64,000 nucleotides of DNA from Patescibacteria group bacterium (GTDB lineage: Bacteria > Patescibacteriota > Minisyncoccia > UBA6257 > UBA9933). How positions within the stretch are numbered: position 1 is the stretch's first letter; every line of letters starts with the position of its first letter. Where the stretch lies: the NCBI GenBank assembly GCA_038062875.1, contig JBBTWF010000001.1:27769-91768 (forward strand), read 5' to 3'. Positions 34,569-43,753 of the stretch are shown here, in pieces. The position numbers and the translations under genes were made by a program. The notes beneath the pieces were generated by a model that saw only the letters and a list, made by a program, of their open reading frames with translations, had not been told where the DNA came from and did no database searches.

Positions 34569-35576
34569 ATGTTTACTCGCAAAATAGGCATTGACCTTGG
34601 AACTGCTAATACGGTTGTTTTTGTGCCGGGACGCGGCTTTGTTATTAATGAACCGACCATAGTCGCTTTAAATGTACCGGACAACACTGTTTTGGCGGTA
34701 GGCAAAGAAGCTAAGGAAATGATTGGCCGAACACCTGAGGACATCGCTCCTTATCAGCCGTTGAAAGACGGGGTGATCGCGGATTATTACATAACAAAGG
34801 CAATGTTGAAATATTTTATAACTAAAGCAACCGGTCAATTTAATTTTTTCAAGCCCGAGGTGGTGATTTCAGTGCCGGCCGGCATTACTCAAACAGAGCG
34901 TAGGGCTGTGGATAACGCGGCTCGGGAAGCCGGAGCCAGAAAAACGTATGTTGTCAGAGAACCGATTTTAGCAGCTTTAGGCGCGGGCATTTCTATTAAT
35001 TCCCATTCCGGAAATATGATTATAAATATCGGCGGAGGAACATCTGAAACAGCCGTAATTTCTTTAGGTGGGATTGTTTCATGGGAGAGTTTGAGAATCG
35101 CCGGCAATAAATTCGACCAGGCGATTATTGATTATATTAAAAAGAAATATTCGCTTTCAATCGGCGAACAAACCGCGGAATTGATAAAAATAGAAATCGG
35201 TTCCGCTTTACCAACAAGAGCAAAATTAAGTTTTCAGGTGCGAGGAAGAGATTCGGTCTCCGGTTTGCCGAAAGATATAGTGATTAATTCTAATGAAATT
35301 GCCGAGGCGCTTAATCGTCATTTGATGGATATCGCCGCTTCAGTCCAGAATGTCTTTAATGTGACGCCGCCGGAATTGGTGTCGGACGTAATGGCTAAGG
35401 GAATCATAATTTCCGGAGGCGGAGCCCAATTACGCCACATTGACGAATTTTTCAAAAGGATATTGGGCGTGCCCGCTTATATAGCCGAAGATTCGCTTTT
35501 TTGCGTTGCCAAAGGAACGGGATTGATTTTAGACCATTTGGAGGTTTATAAGAGGACGTTATTGAATAAACGCTAA
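34569..35576 (+). CDS. mreB: Rod-shape protein MreB paralog (copy 1, stand-alone)
   Basis: Actin-fold motifs IGIDLGTANTVVFV, GGGTSE, IISGGGAQL. Confidence 0.85.
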   Translation: MFTRKIGIDLGTANTVVFVPGRGFVINEPTIVALNVPDNTVLAVGKEAKEMIGRTPEDIAPYQPLKDGVIADYYITKAMLKYFITKATGQFNFFKPEVVISVPAGITQTERRAVDNAAREAGARKTYVVREPILAALGAGISINSHSGNMIINIGGGTSETAVISLGGIVSWESLRIAGNKFDQAIIDYIKKKYSLSIGEQTAELIKIEIGSALPTRAKLSFQVRGRDSVSGLPKDIVINSNEIAEALNRHLMDIAASVQNVFNVTPPELVSDVMAKGIIISGGGAQLRHIDEFFKRILGVPAYIAEDSLFCVAKGTGLILDHLEVYKRTLLNKR

Positions 35577-35677
35577 ATAGAATTTAGAATATAGGATTTA
35601 GAATTTAGGGAACTTTTAAAAATCGAATTTAATTCTTCCCCAAATTCTATATTCTAAATTCTAACCCCTTATTATTT
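35577..35677. repeat. Intergenic opposed-heptamer hairpin element with a longer loop
   Basis: atagaatttagaatataggatttagaatttaggg ... ccccaaattctatattctaaattctaacccc. Confidence 0.75.
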
Positions 35678-36526
35678 ATGGTTGGCCACGAGGATTTAAT
35701 TAAAGATTTCAAAAAATTAACAGACAATAGTAAGCTTTCTCACGCTTATTTATTTTTTGGCGAGTCGCAAGTCGGGAAATTCTTCTTTGCCCGACATTTA
35801 GCTAATTTTTTGGAGAATAAGATTTTTAGTCCGCCTCTTTCTTTTTTAAGCGAAACAATTATTATTTCTTCCGATAATGAGGGCGATCATAAGGGTTCTA
35901 TCGGCATTGACGCGGTTCGTTCGTTAAAACATTTTTTATATCAAAAACCCGTGGTTTCGAAACGGCGGACGGCGATTATCAGAGACGCCGAGAATTTAAC
36001 TGCAGACGCCCAGAACGCCGTTTTAAAAATTTTGGAAGAACCGCCGACGCAATCGTTGATTATTTTTACGGCTGATAATTATGAAAATCTTTTCCCTCCG
36101 GTTTTATCCCGTCTCCAAAAAATCTATTTTCCAAGAGTTTCGTCTGTTAAAATAGAGGAATTTTTAACAAGTAAATATAAAATTAGTAGTGAAAAAGCGA
36201 AGAAAATATCCGCCGAGTCATTCGGTCGTCCTGGCCGGGCAATTGATTTATTGGAAAATAAAAATTTGGAAAATGCCAAAAAAATGGCGAAAGAGTTTTT
36301 ACGGATTAACAATTTGACGGGGAAAAGGCGTTTTATCAAAGAAAATTTCGTGAATAAAGAGGATAAATTTGACGATTATATAATTGATAAATTTTTTGAA
36401 TTTTTGATTATTGAGCTTCGTCATGATTGCGTTCGAAATTATAAGGGACTCCAAGAAGTTTTTAAAAGATTAGTTTTAATCAAGCAATTTAACGTAAATA
36501 AAAAATTACAGCTTCAATGTTTATAA
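35678..36526 (+). CDS. holB: DNA polymerase III delta-prime-like clamp-loader subunit (AAA+ fold)
   Basis: N-terminal SHAYLFFGESQVGKFFFARHLANFL and sensor motifs; weak. Confidence 0.5.
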   Translation: MVGHEDLIKDFKKLTDNSKLSHAYLFFGESQVGKFFFARHLANFLENKIFSPPLSFLSETIIISSDNEGDHKGSIGIDAVRSLKHFLYQKPVVSKRRTAIIRDAENLTADAQNAVLKILEEPPTQSLIIFTADNYENLFPPVLSRLQKIYFPRVSSVKIEEFLTSKYKISSEKAKKISAESFGRPGRAIDLLENKNLENAKKMAKEFLRINNLTGKRRFIKENFVNKEDKFDDYIIDKFFEFLIIELRHDCVRNYKGLQEVFKRLVLIKQFNVNKKLQLQCL

Positions 36527-36527
36527 T

Positions 36528-37619
36528 ATGGGTAAATTAGGCGAAAATAAATCAGGAGGGAATAAGACAGGCGACGCCATAGTAATAGTGTTAATTTGGG
36601 GAGGGTTGGCGACTATGTTATTCAATTTTCTTCCAAGTATTAATTTTCCGAATAATTCTTTAGCTTCGGCGTTTTCGGTTTTTAACCCTCCGGCCGAAAG
36701 CCGTTATTATAAAGAAATAATCAGTATCTCCAAAGATAAAGAAAATTTTCAAAACGTTGCTTTTCATTCCGAAAATCAAGCGGATATTTTTGATATTAAG
36801 GCGTCAGTCGCGAGTTCGGATTTGTTTTTCGCGGGTTCCGATAATGGTTTATTCGTCAGCCGCAACGGTGGTTTGGATTGGTACGTTTTTTCCGATTTAG
36901 AAAAAGAAATCGACTCTTCCGAAATTTATAAAATTTTAACAGGCGCGGAACAAAATAACGAAATTTTCATTTCCGCGTTTAAGAACAATAAAGGAGTGGT
37001 TTATAAGACCACTGATGATTTTTTTTCTTTGGAAAAGATATTTGAAATTAACGACGAAGCGGTTTACGATTTCGCGATTTCCGGAGATTCTTTGTATTTT
37101 GGTTTATCCGATGGAAGAATTTTAATTTATTCCATAAACAAGAAAGAAGTTTCCGTTTTAACGGATTTGGGTTCGCCGATAGTCGGTTTGGAAATCAGAA
37201 ATAACGGTAATTTTATTTACGCGCTTTTAAAATCTGGGAATTTTTTAGTTAGCGAAAATGGAGGTAAAAGTTTCAGCCGATGTAAATTTTCAGATATATA
37301 TCGGGGCGTTAAAATCAAAATGTTTTTTGTTGAGCCAACTAATAATTTTGCCATTTACGCGGCCACTAATTACGGCTTAGCGCGTTCTTATGATTTCGGA
37401 AATAGCTGGAAAATGTTAAAATCAATTCCTTCGGAGGACTCGGCGGTTAGCGCTTTATACATTGATAAAGGAGAAATTTACGCGGCTTCTGGAGAAAAAA
37501 TCTATAAAAGCCGTGATTTTGGCTTAAACTGGCTTATTTTAGACCCGCAGATTGGGGAGAGAGTAATTTCAACAATTATAATAGATAATGGTAGGATTAT
37601 CGTAGGAACTAAAGATTAA
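36528..37619 (+). CDS. Hypothetical membrane-anchored protein with BNR/sialidase-like beta-propeller repeats
   Basis: Repeated S-x-D-x-G-x-(S/T)-W motifs (SRNGGLDWY, SENGGKSF, SYDFGNSW, SRDFGLNW). Confidence 0.45.
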   Translation: MGKLGENKSGGNKTGDAIVIVLIWGGLATMLFNFLPSINFPNNSLASAFSVFNPPAESRYYKEIISISKDKENFQNVAFHSENQADIFDIKASVASSDLFFAGSDNGLFVSRNGGLDWYVFSDLEKEIDSSEIYKILTGAEQNNEIFISAFKNNKGVVYKTTDDFFSLEKIFEINDEAVYDFAISGDSLYFGLSDGRILIYSINKKEVSVLTDLGSPIVGLEIRNNGNFIYALLKSGNFLVSENGGKSFSRCKFSDIYRGVKIKMFFVEPTNNFAIYAATNYGLARSYDFGNSWKMLKSIPSEDSAVSALYIDKGEIYAASGEKIYKSRDFGLNWLILDPQIGERVISTIIIDNGRIIVGTKD

Positions 37620-38168
37620 ATGGATATCATAAAAGATTTACAAATTAAAATAGACGAATCAATCCAGTATTTTAAGAATCAGATTTCAAGTATTCGCGGA
37701 GGTAGGCCCACGCCTAAATTAGTGGAAAATATTTCGGTTGATTATCTTGGGCAGAAATTATCAATTAGGCAATTGGGTTCAATTATTATTGTTCCGCCAA
37801 GAGAGATTCAGATTTCCGTATGGGACAAGCAAGGCGTGGCTAATGTCGCCAAAGCCATTGAGTCGTCTAATTTAAATATCAGCGCCAACATTGAAGGCAA
37901 TTTAATCAGAATAAATTTGCCGCCTTTGTCTCAAGAGCGCCGATTGGAATTAATTAAAGTGGCGAAAAAAGAATCCGAAGAAACAAAAATAAAAATTCGT
38001 TCTTTTCGCGACGAAACTAATAAAAAAATAAGTCATCAGTTGGAACAAGGCGGAATTACCGAAGACGATAAATTTAAATTAAAAGAAGAAGCGCAAAAAT
38101 TGGTTGATAAAAGTAATGAAGAAATTGAGAAGTTATTAGGAAATAAAGTAAAGGAGATAGAAGAGTAA
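37620..38168 (+). CDS. frr: Ribosome recycling factor
   Basis: 182 aa; ...SSIRGGRPTPKLVENISVDYLGQ...INLPPLSQERR... Confidence 0.9.
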   Translation: MDIIKDLQIKIDESIQYFKNQISSIRGGRPTPKLVENISVDYLGQKLSIRQLGSIIIVPPREIQISVWDKQGVANVAKAIESSNLNISANIEGNLIRINLPPLSQERRLELIKVAKKESEETKIKIRSFRDETNKKISHQLEQGGITEDDKFKLKEEAQKLVDKSNEEIEKLLGNKVKEIEE

Positions 38169-38169
38169 T

Positions 38170-39210
38170 ATGTTCATAGGGATTATCGCGGTTATAATTT
38201 TTTTATCAATTTTAATTTTAGTCCATGAACTTGGGCATTTTTTGGCTGCCAAGAAATTCGGTTTATTGGTTGAAGAATTCGGTTTTGGTTTGCCGCCGCG
38301 AATTTGGGGCAAGAAAATAGGGGAGACAATTTATAGCGTTAATGCTTTGCCTATCGGGGGCTTTGTTAAAATTTTTGGCGAAGATGGAGAAGATGCGACC
38401 CTAAAAACCCGAATTTCGGGTCGCATAGAAAGAAGTTTCACAAGTTTAAAAATCTGGCAAAGGGCGCTCATTCTTTTAGCCGGCGTCTTTATGAATTTTT
38501 TGCTCGGTTGGCTGGTGATTTCAGTTGTTTTTTTCATCGGTATTCCTCAAACGATTTTAATTACCGAAGTGGCTCCTAATAGTCCGGCGTCTGAAATCGG
38601 TTTAATGTCAGGCGACAGAATAGCTAATTTTTCCAAAATGGATGAATTTATCGGATATGTTAATGATAATAGAGGTAAAGTGATTAATTTAGAGATTGAA
38701 CGTTTAGATAAGTCGTTTAGCGTTCAAGCAACGCCAAGAATAAATCCACCCGAAGGGCAGGGCGCTTTAGGCATTTCTTTGGCTGAAGGCGGTTCGCCGA
38801 AAATGGGCGTTTTTGAGGGATTTTATGAGGGATTGAAAACCTCGGCGGAAATCGTTAAAAGTATTTTCTTGGCTTTATTCGGTTTGATTAAGTCGGCTTT
38901 TGTTGGCAAGGGGAGTTTGGAATCAGTGGCAGGCCCGGTTGGAATCGTAAAAATTACCGCTCAAGCCGGCAGTTTGGGATTTGTTTATTTGCTTCAGTTG
39001 TTAGCTTTGATTTCTTTGAATTTAGCCGTAATAAATATAATTCCTTTTCCGGCTTTGGACGGCGGTCGTTTGCTATTTTTGTTTATTGAGAAAATCAAGG
39101 GCTCGCCACTTAATCCTAAATTTGAAAAATTCTCCAATGCCGCGGGAATGGTTTTGCTGTTGCTTTTAATGCTGTTGATTACAATAAAAGATATCTCAAG
39201 ATTTTTCTGA
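38170..39210 (+). CDS. rseP: Site-2 protease, M50 family (RseP-like), with a PDZ domain
   Basis: HELGHFLAAKKFG (HExxH) in TM1, PDZ (GLMSGDRI), and a second metal-ligand region near LDGGRL. Confidence 0.8.
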   Translation: MFIGIIAVIIFLSILILVHELGHFLAAKKFGLLVEEFGFGLPPRIWGKKIGETIYSVNALPIGGFVKIFGEDGEDATLKTRISGRIERSFTSLKIWQRALILLAGVFMNFLLGWLVISVVFFIGIPQTILITEVAPNSPASEIGLMSGDRIANFSKMDEFIGYVNDNRGKVINLEIERLDKSFSVQATPRINPPEGQGALGISLAEGGSPKMGVFEGFYEGLKTSAEIVKSIFLALFGLIKSAFVGKGSLESVAGPVGIVKITAQAGSLGFVYLLQLLALISLNLAVINIIPFPALDGGRLLFLFIEKIKGSPLNPKFEKFSNAAGMVLLLLLMLLITIKDISRFF

Positions 39211-39214
39211 ATTC

Positions 39215-39356
39215 CTCGCGAGCAATTCATCAAGAAAACACGCTATCTCCGACCCCAGCGTGGTCGGAGCGCTTGCTCTCGGCCTCACTCTCCTCGCTGT
39301 GCTCGGAACCATGCCCGTTCGGCCTGCGAGACAGTTTTCTTGATGAATTGCCCGCG
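39215..39356. ncRNA. GC-rich 140-nt extended hairpin with a 23-bp outer stem and nested inner hairpins; a candidate structured RNA
   Basis: Outer stem CGCGAGCAATTCATCAAGAAAAC/GTTTTCTTGATGAATTGCCCGCG (22/23 bp pairs); inner stem CTCCGACC/GGTCGGAG. It starts 5 bp after the rseP stop. Confidence 0.4.
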
Positions 39357-39430
39357 GTAGAATACAAACAACACTTGAGATTTTTATACATTATTCAGAA
39401 CAGGCAGGCAGAGCAAAATAGATAAAGACA

Positions 39431-39604
39431 GCCAGAAAATCTTTTTAGAGTGAGTATCGCGGAGCCGAAGAGAAAATCTCTGAGCGAATAGGAAATTTGT
39501 CGGGCACCCCCGACGAAGGGAGGCAGGGTGGCAAATTTTCGTATATGAGCGAAGTTAGATTTTCCTTCGGCGGAGCGCACGAACGAAGAAAGATTTTCTG
39601 GACT
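39431..39604. ncRNA. Candidate structured RNA of about 175 nt, closed by a 13-bp stem CCAGAAAATCTTT/AAAGATTTTCTGG with nested hairpins
   Basis: Nested inverted repeats read directly (gtcggg/cccgac; gagaaaatct/agattttc); GC-rich against the flanks. Confidence 0.35.
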
Positions 39605-39943
39605 ATAAACGACTTTCGGGAATTTCACATTTTAATTATTTTTTAATTATCAAAAACGTCATTATAACGGCGTTTTTTGATGTATTGACAAATAAAGCAA
39701 AGTATGCTATTATTTTAGCAGAAAATTAAGATGCAAGGATAAATTTTTAACCGCATTTTCGGCCCACCATAAGGACGAAAGAATTTATTTTATATAATTT
39801 TCATTTCGTCCTCCTACCCGAAATCGGGAAACAAAATTTCGCGGCTTCGGACAAGAGAAAAAAGTTCTTTGAAAAATTAAAATGGAAATTCTTGCCTTTG
39901 GCGAGGGATTAAACGTTTATAGAAGTAAAAAAGAAGGGAGAAT

Positions 39944-40207
39944 ATGATGGAAAAAATAGGAATTGGAATTCTCGTAATAATTATTTTGGCAATGGTGATA
40001 CTGGTCAATATGTTTTTAGGGATTCTGTTGTTGGATTACACGTCGTCGATTATTGGCATGCCTATCCAAAATTCTATCAGTAATCTTTTTCTGGTGGGAA
40101 TTTTATGGGTTTTCATGACGGCGTTTGCTGGCGCCGTGTGTTACCTTATCGGTGATGTTGTTTTAAAAGTGGCAAATTTTTTGAAATTAAGGGGAGTAAT
40201 AAAGTAA
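39944..40207 (+). CDS. Small hypothetical membrane protein (2 TM segments)
   Basis: 87-aa hydrophobic ORF with an RBS-like AAGGGAG upstream. Confidence 0.3.
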   Translation: MMEKIGIGILVIIILAMVILVNMFLGILLLDYTSSIIGMPIQNSISNLFLVGILWVFMTAFAGAVCYLIGDVVLKVANFLKLRGVIK

Positions 40208-40318
40208 GTAAATTTAGTAAATTTTCAGAGAGGCCTGCGCGAGTTTTCCGCATTGCCTCTCTTTTTATTTGTTTTTTTATGTTTTGACTTAAAAATGTTT
40301 TTTGATTAAGATAAAGAT

Positions 40319-41551
40319 ATGCGTCAATCAACTCTTTTTACTAAAACTCGTAGAGAAGCGCCGAAAGACGAAGAAGCAGTCAACGCCAAACTGCTTATTC
40401 GAGCTGGTTTTGTTGATAAACTAATGGCAGGGGTCTATACTTTTTTGCCTTTGGGTTTTCGAGTGCTTAAAAAAATTGAGAATATTGTAAGAGAGGAAAT
40501 TAACAAAGCGGACGGAGTGGAAATTCTGATGCCAACGCTTCAGCCAAAAGAAAATTGGCAGAAAACTGGACGCTGGGACACGATGGACGATTTATACAAA
40601 GTTAAAGATAAAAGCGAAAAAGAATTCGCTTTGGGTCCTACGCACGAAGAAGTTATTTTTCCTTTATTAAAAAAATATATTTTTTCTTACAAAGACCTGC
40701 CGCTTTATATTTATCAAATACAGAATAAATTCAGAATGGAATTAAGAGCGAAATCCGGACTTTTGCGCGGAAGAGAATTTTTAATGAAAGACCTTTATTC
40801 GTTTCATACCAATGAAGAAGACAGAGATAAGTATTACGATAAAATCATAGAGGTCTATAAAACAATTTTTGACAAAGTCGGCATAGGCGAAAAAACATAT
40901 TTTACGCTCGCGCCGGGAGGGACTTTTTCCAGACATTCCCATGAATTTCAGACGATTACGGAAGCCGGCGAAGACATAATCCATATCTGCGAGGCCTGTA
41001 AGATTGCAATTAATGACGAAATAATAAAAGAACAAAAATCTTGTCCGAAATGCGGAAAAAATAAATTTCAAAAAGAAAAATCCGTTGAGACGGGGAATAT
41101 TTTTAAATTAAAAGATAAATTCGCGGAGGATTTTGATTTAAAATTCAGAGACAAAGACGGATCGGAAAAATTTGTTTCAACTGGATGCTACGGGTTAGGA
41201 TTCGGACGTTTGATTGGAGTTGTCGTAGAAGTAAATCATGATGATAAAGGAATAATCTGGCCGGAATCAATCGCGCCGTTTCAAGTTCATTTGTTAGATA
41301 TAAGAGGAAAGGGGCAAGAGGAAAGAGGAAAGAAAATTTACGAAACTTTACAGAAAAATGGAGTTGAAGTATTGTATGATGACAGAAATGATGCCAGCGC
41401 GGGCGAAAAATTCGCTGACGCGGATTTAATCGGTATTCCGTACAGAGCCGTAATCAGCGAAAAAACCGGGGATAAAATTGAAATAAAAAAGAGGAGCGGT
41501 AAAGAAATTAAATTAGTTAGCGAGAAAGAGTTAATTAAATCTCTGATATGA
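40319..41551 (+). CDS. proS: Prolyl-tRNA synthetase, short form without the editing insertion, with an inserted Cys4 zinc ribbon
   Basis: Class II motifs (FRMELRAKSGLLRGREFLMKD, GCYGLGFGRLIGVV); C-terminal anticodon-binding domain; ribbon CEACK...CPKCGKN. Confidence 0.85.
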   Translation: MRQSTLFTKTRREAPKDEEAVNAKLLIRAGFVDKLMAGVYTFLPLGFRVLKKIENIVREEINKADGVEILMPTLQPKENWQKTGRWDTMDDLYKVKDKSEKEFALGPTHEEVIFPLLKKYIFSYKDLPLYIYQIQNKFRMELRAKSGLLRGREFLMKDLYSFHTNEEDRDKYYDKIIEVYKTIFDKVGIGEKTYFTLAPGGTFSRHSHEFQTITEAGEDIIHICEACKIAINDEIIKEQKSCPKCGKNKFQKEKSVETGNIFKLKDKFAEDFDLKFRDKDGSEKFVSTGCYGLGFGRLIGVVVEVNHDDKGIIWPESIAPFQVHLLDIRGKGQEERGKKIYETLQKNGVEVLYDDRNDASAGEKFADADLIGIPYRAVISEKTGDKIEIKKRSGKEIKLVSEKELIKSLI

Positions 41552-42591
41552 AGATTTTTAATTATTTTACAAAAGACATAGGAATTGATTTAGGTACGGC
41601 CAATTCATTGGTTTATCTTAAAGGCGAGGGGATAATCGTTAATGAGCCGTCAATCGCCGCGGTTAATAATAAAACCGGACAGGTTTTGGCAATCGGCGAG
41701 GAAGCTAAAAAAATGTTGGGCCGGACTCCCAGCCACATTACAGTAATCAGACCATTGATTAACGGCGTAATTTCAGATTTTGATATGACCCACGAGATGC
41801 TCAGGCATTTTTTCAAAAAAATCAACAATAATCCGATTCTGAATTATCACCGCGCAGTTATTGGAATTCCGACCAATTTAACCGAAGTGGAAAGAAAATC
41901 CGTTGAAGACGCGGTGGTAATGGCCGGAGCAGCTAAGGCCTATTTAATTGAAGAGCCGGTTGCCGCGGCTCTTGGCGCGCGATTGCCGATTAACGAGCCG
42001 ACAGCCAATATGATTATTGATATCGGTGGTGGCACTACTGATATCGCCATTATTTCAATGGGGGGAACGGTTACAGCTAAGAGTTTAAAAATTGCCGGTG
42101 ATAAATTTAATGACGATATTATTAAATTTATTCGCGATGAGTTTAAATTAGCAATTGGCGAGCCCACTGCCGAAGAATTAAAAGTCGCTATCGGTTCAGC
42201 GGTTCCAATTGATGAAAAGTTGGAATTGGCAATTCGCGGTCGCGATATGGCAACAGGTCTTCCTCGTGAAGTAGTGGTTAAAGGCGGTCAAATAAGAGCG
42301 TCAATCAGCCGTTCTTTGCGTTCAATTATTGAGGCCGTTAAAGAGACAATTGAAATCGCGCCTCCGGAATTAGTAGGTGATATTTTAAAACGGGGCATTT
42401 TTCTCTGTGGCGGAGGCAGCTTATTAAAAGGAATCGACCAGTTGATTGAGAAAGAAATTTCCGTTTCTGCGATTATTGTTGATGACCCGTTAACCTGCGT
42501 AGTTAGAGGAACCGGCATTGCCGCTGAAAATATTACCGAATATCAGCATGTTTTTGCCATCGCGTTGAAGCCGATGGATATAAACATTTAA
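41548..42591 (+). CDS. mreB: Rod-shape protein MreB (copy 2, in the mreBCD-mrdA cluster)
   Basis: IGIDLGTANSLVYL, IDIGGGTTD, GIFLCGGGSLL. Confidence 0.9.
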   Translation: MKIFNYFTKDIGIDLGTANSLVYLKGEGIIVNEPSIAAVNNKTGQVLAIGEEAKKMLGRTPSHITVIRPLINGVISDFDMTHEMLRHFFKKINNNPILNYHRAVIGIPTNLTEVERKSVEDAVVMAGAAKAYLIEEPVAAALGARLPINEPTANMIIDIGGGTTDIAIISMGGTVTAKSLKIAGDKFNDDIIKFIRDEFKLAIGEPTAEELKVAIGSAVPIDEKLELAIRGRDMATGLPREVVVKGGQIRASISRSLRSIIEAVKETIEIAPPELVGDILKRGIFLCGGGSLLKGIDQLIEKEISVSAIIVDDPLTCVVRGTGIAAENITEYQHVFAIALKPMDINI

Positions 42592-42626
42592 TTTTCAATT
42601 TCTAATTTTTAATTTTTAATAACCAG

Positions 42627-43310
42627 ATGAAAAAAGGTATTTTAATCGGTTTAATTATTGTTTTGACTTTCATTGTTTTTTTCACGGATTTTTTTATACC
42701 AAAAAATTTTTTAGACAAGCCGATTAATTTACTTCGGTCTTTTCTCTCTCAAAGCGACGTTTATAAAGAAAATTTATTTCTTAAACAGGAGATCGAGGAT
42801 TTACGGGCGCAGATGCAATTAATAAATATAAGAGGAAATGGAGAAGAGGAAAGAGGAAAGTTAATCACCAAAATTTTTTCCGCTTATCCTTTTAATATTA
42901 AAAATACTTTAACTTTAAATGTGGGAACAAAACAGGGGATTAAAAAAGGAATGACGGCGACTTTCGGTGAAAATATTTTACTCGGACAAATCATAGATGT
43001 TTTTGAAGATAAAAGCGTTATACGGACAATTTTTGACCCCAAGTGGCAGTTGTCGGTCAGAATCGGCCAATCCGAAATTGACGGGCTTTTAATTGGCGGA
43101 ATTGAACCGAAAATCACTCTTTTGGAAAAAGATAAACCATTGCAAGTCGGCGACGTTGTTTATTCAGCGAGTTCAGATCTTCCTTACGGTTTGAAAATCG
43201 GCGAAATCGCGGGAATTAAACAATCCAGCGGAGATGTTTTCAAGGAAGCCCGTTTAAAAACATCTTATAATATTAATGATCTAAAGGAGGCGTATGTTTT
43301 AATTTTCTAA
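42627..43310 (+). CDS. mreC: Rod-shape protein MreC
   Basis: N-terminal TM, coiled coil, beta domain; position after mreB. Confidence 0.7.
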   Translation: MKKGILIGLIIVLTFIVFFTDFFIPKNFLDKPINLLRSFLSQSDVYKENLFLKQEIEDLRAQMQLINIRGNGEEERGKLITKIFSAYPFNIKNTLTLNVGTKQGIKKGMTATFGENILLGQIIDVFEDKSVIRTIFDPKWQLSVRIGQSEIDGLLIGGIEPKITLLEKDKPLQVGDVVYSASSDLPYGLKIGEIAGIKQSSGDVFKEARLKTSYNINDLKEAYVLIF

Positions 43311-43753
43311 TGTTTAAAAAAAAATTAATTCTTTTTTTTATTATTATTTGTTTCAGTTTTCTCCAGACGGTTGATTTTTCTATTTTCGGCGTTAAACCCA
43401 ATTTGGCTTTAGTAGCGGTTATTGCCGCTGCTTTTTTTATTTCGGATATTTGGGAAGGCGTATTATTGGCGGTTATAGCGGCTTTAATTTTGAAATTCAG
43501 TCCGGGGTTTAGCAAAGAAATTTTAATCTTTTTTTTAATCGTTGCCGCGGCGATTATCGCGAAAAAGTATCTTCCTTGGCGTTCAATGATTAATTTAATT
43601 TTTTTAATTATTTCCGCTACTTTACTTTTTTATGTTTTTTCGTTTCCGACATCGATTATCTCCGGTATTTTTATTCAGGAACTAATTTATAATATATTGA
43701 TTGGAATTTTTATATTTATTGTTTTTTCTTTCTGCGTTAAGCGCTATATATGA
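43310..43753 (+). CDS. mreD: Rod-shape protein MreD-like (polytopic membrane)
   Basis: 147 aa, about 5 TM segments; position between mreC and mrdA. Confidence 0.5.
   Translation: MFKKKLILFFIIICFSFLQTVDFSIFGVKPNLALVAVIAAAFFISDIWEGVLLAVIAALILKFSPGFSKEILIFFLIVAAAIIAKKYLPWRSMINLIFLIISATLLFYVFSFPTSIISGIFIQELIYNILIGIFIFIVFSFCVKRYI

Noticed and set aside
39480-39560. T-box leader upstream of proS (AGGGUGGCAAA)
   Set aside because: The T-box consensus AAUUAGGGUGGNACCGCG is not matched (no ACCGCG, no antiterminator/terminator pair with specifier-loop geometry). A small ORF also lies between this region and proS.
39470-39600. A second RNase P RNA suggested by GGAAAUUUGUCGGGCACC and GGCGGAGCGCAC motifs
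   Set aside because: Only two loose motif resemblances are present. The P4 3' strand (ACAGAAyCCGGCUUA) and the P1/P2 architecture are absent and the segment is too short (about 175 nt). A bona fide rnpB exists at 62808-63162. It is kept only as an unclassified structured element.
39395-39628. Minus-strand 77-aa ORF in the rseP-proS spacer
   Set aside because: It has no RBS or homology signal, its composition reflects the GC-rich palindromic DNA, and it overlaps nested inverted repeats. More likely it is non-coding structured sequence.
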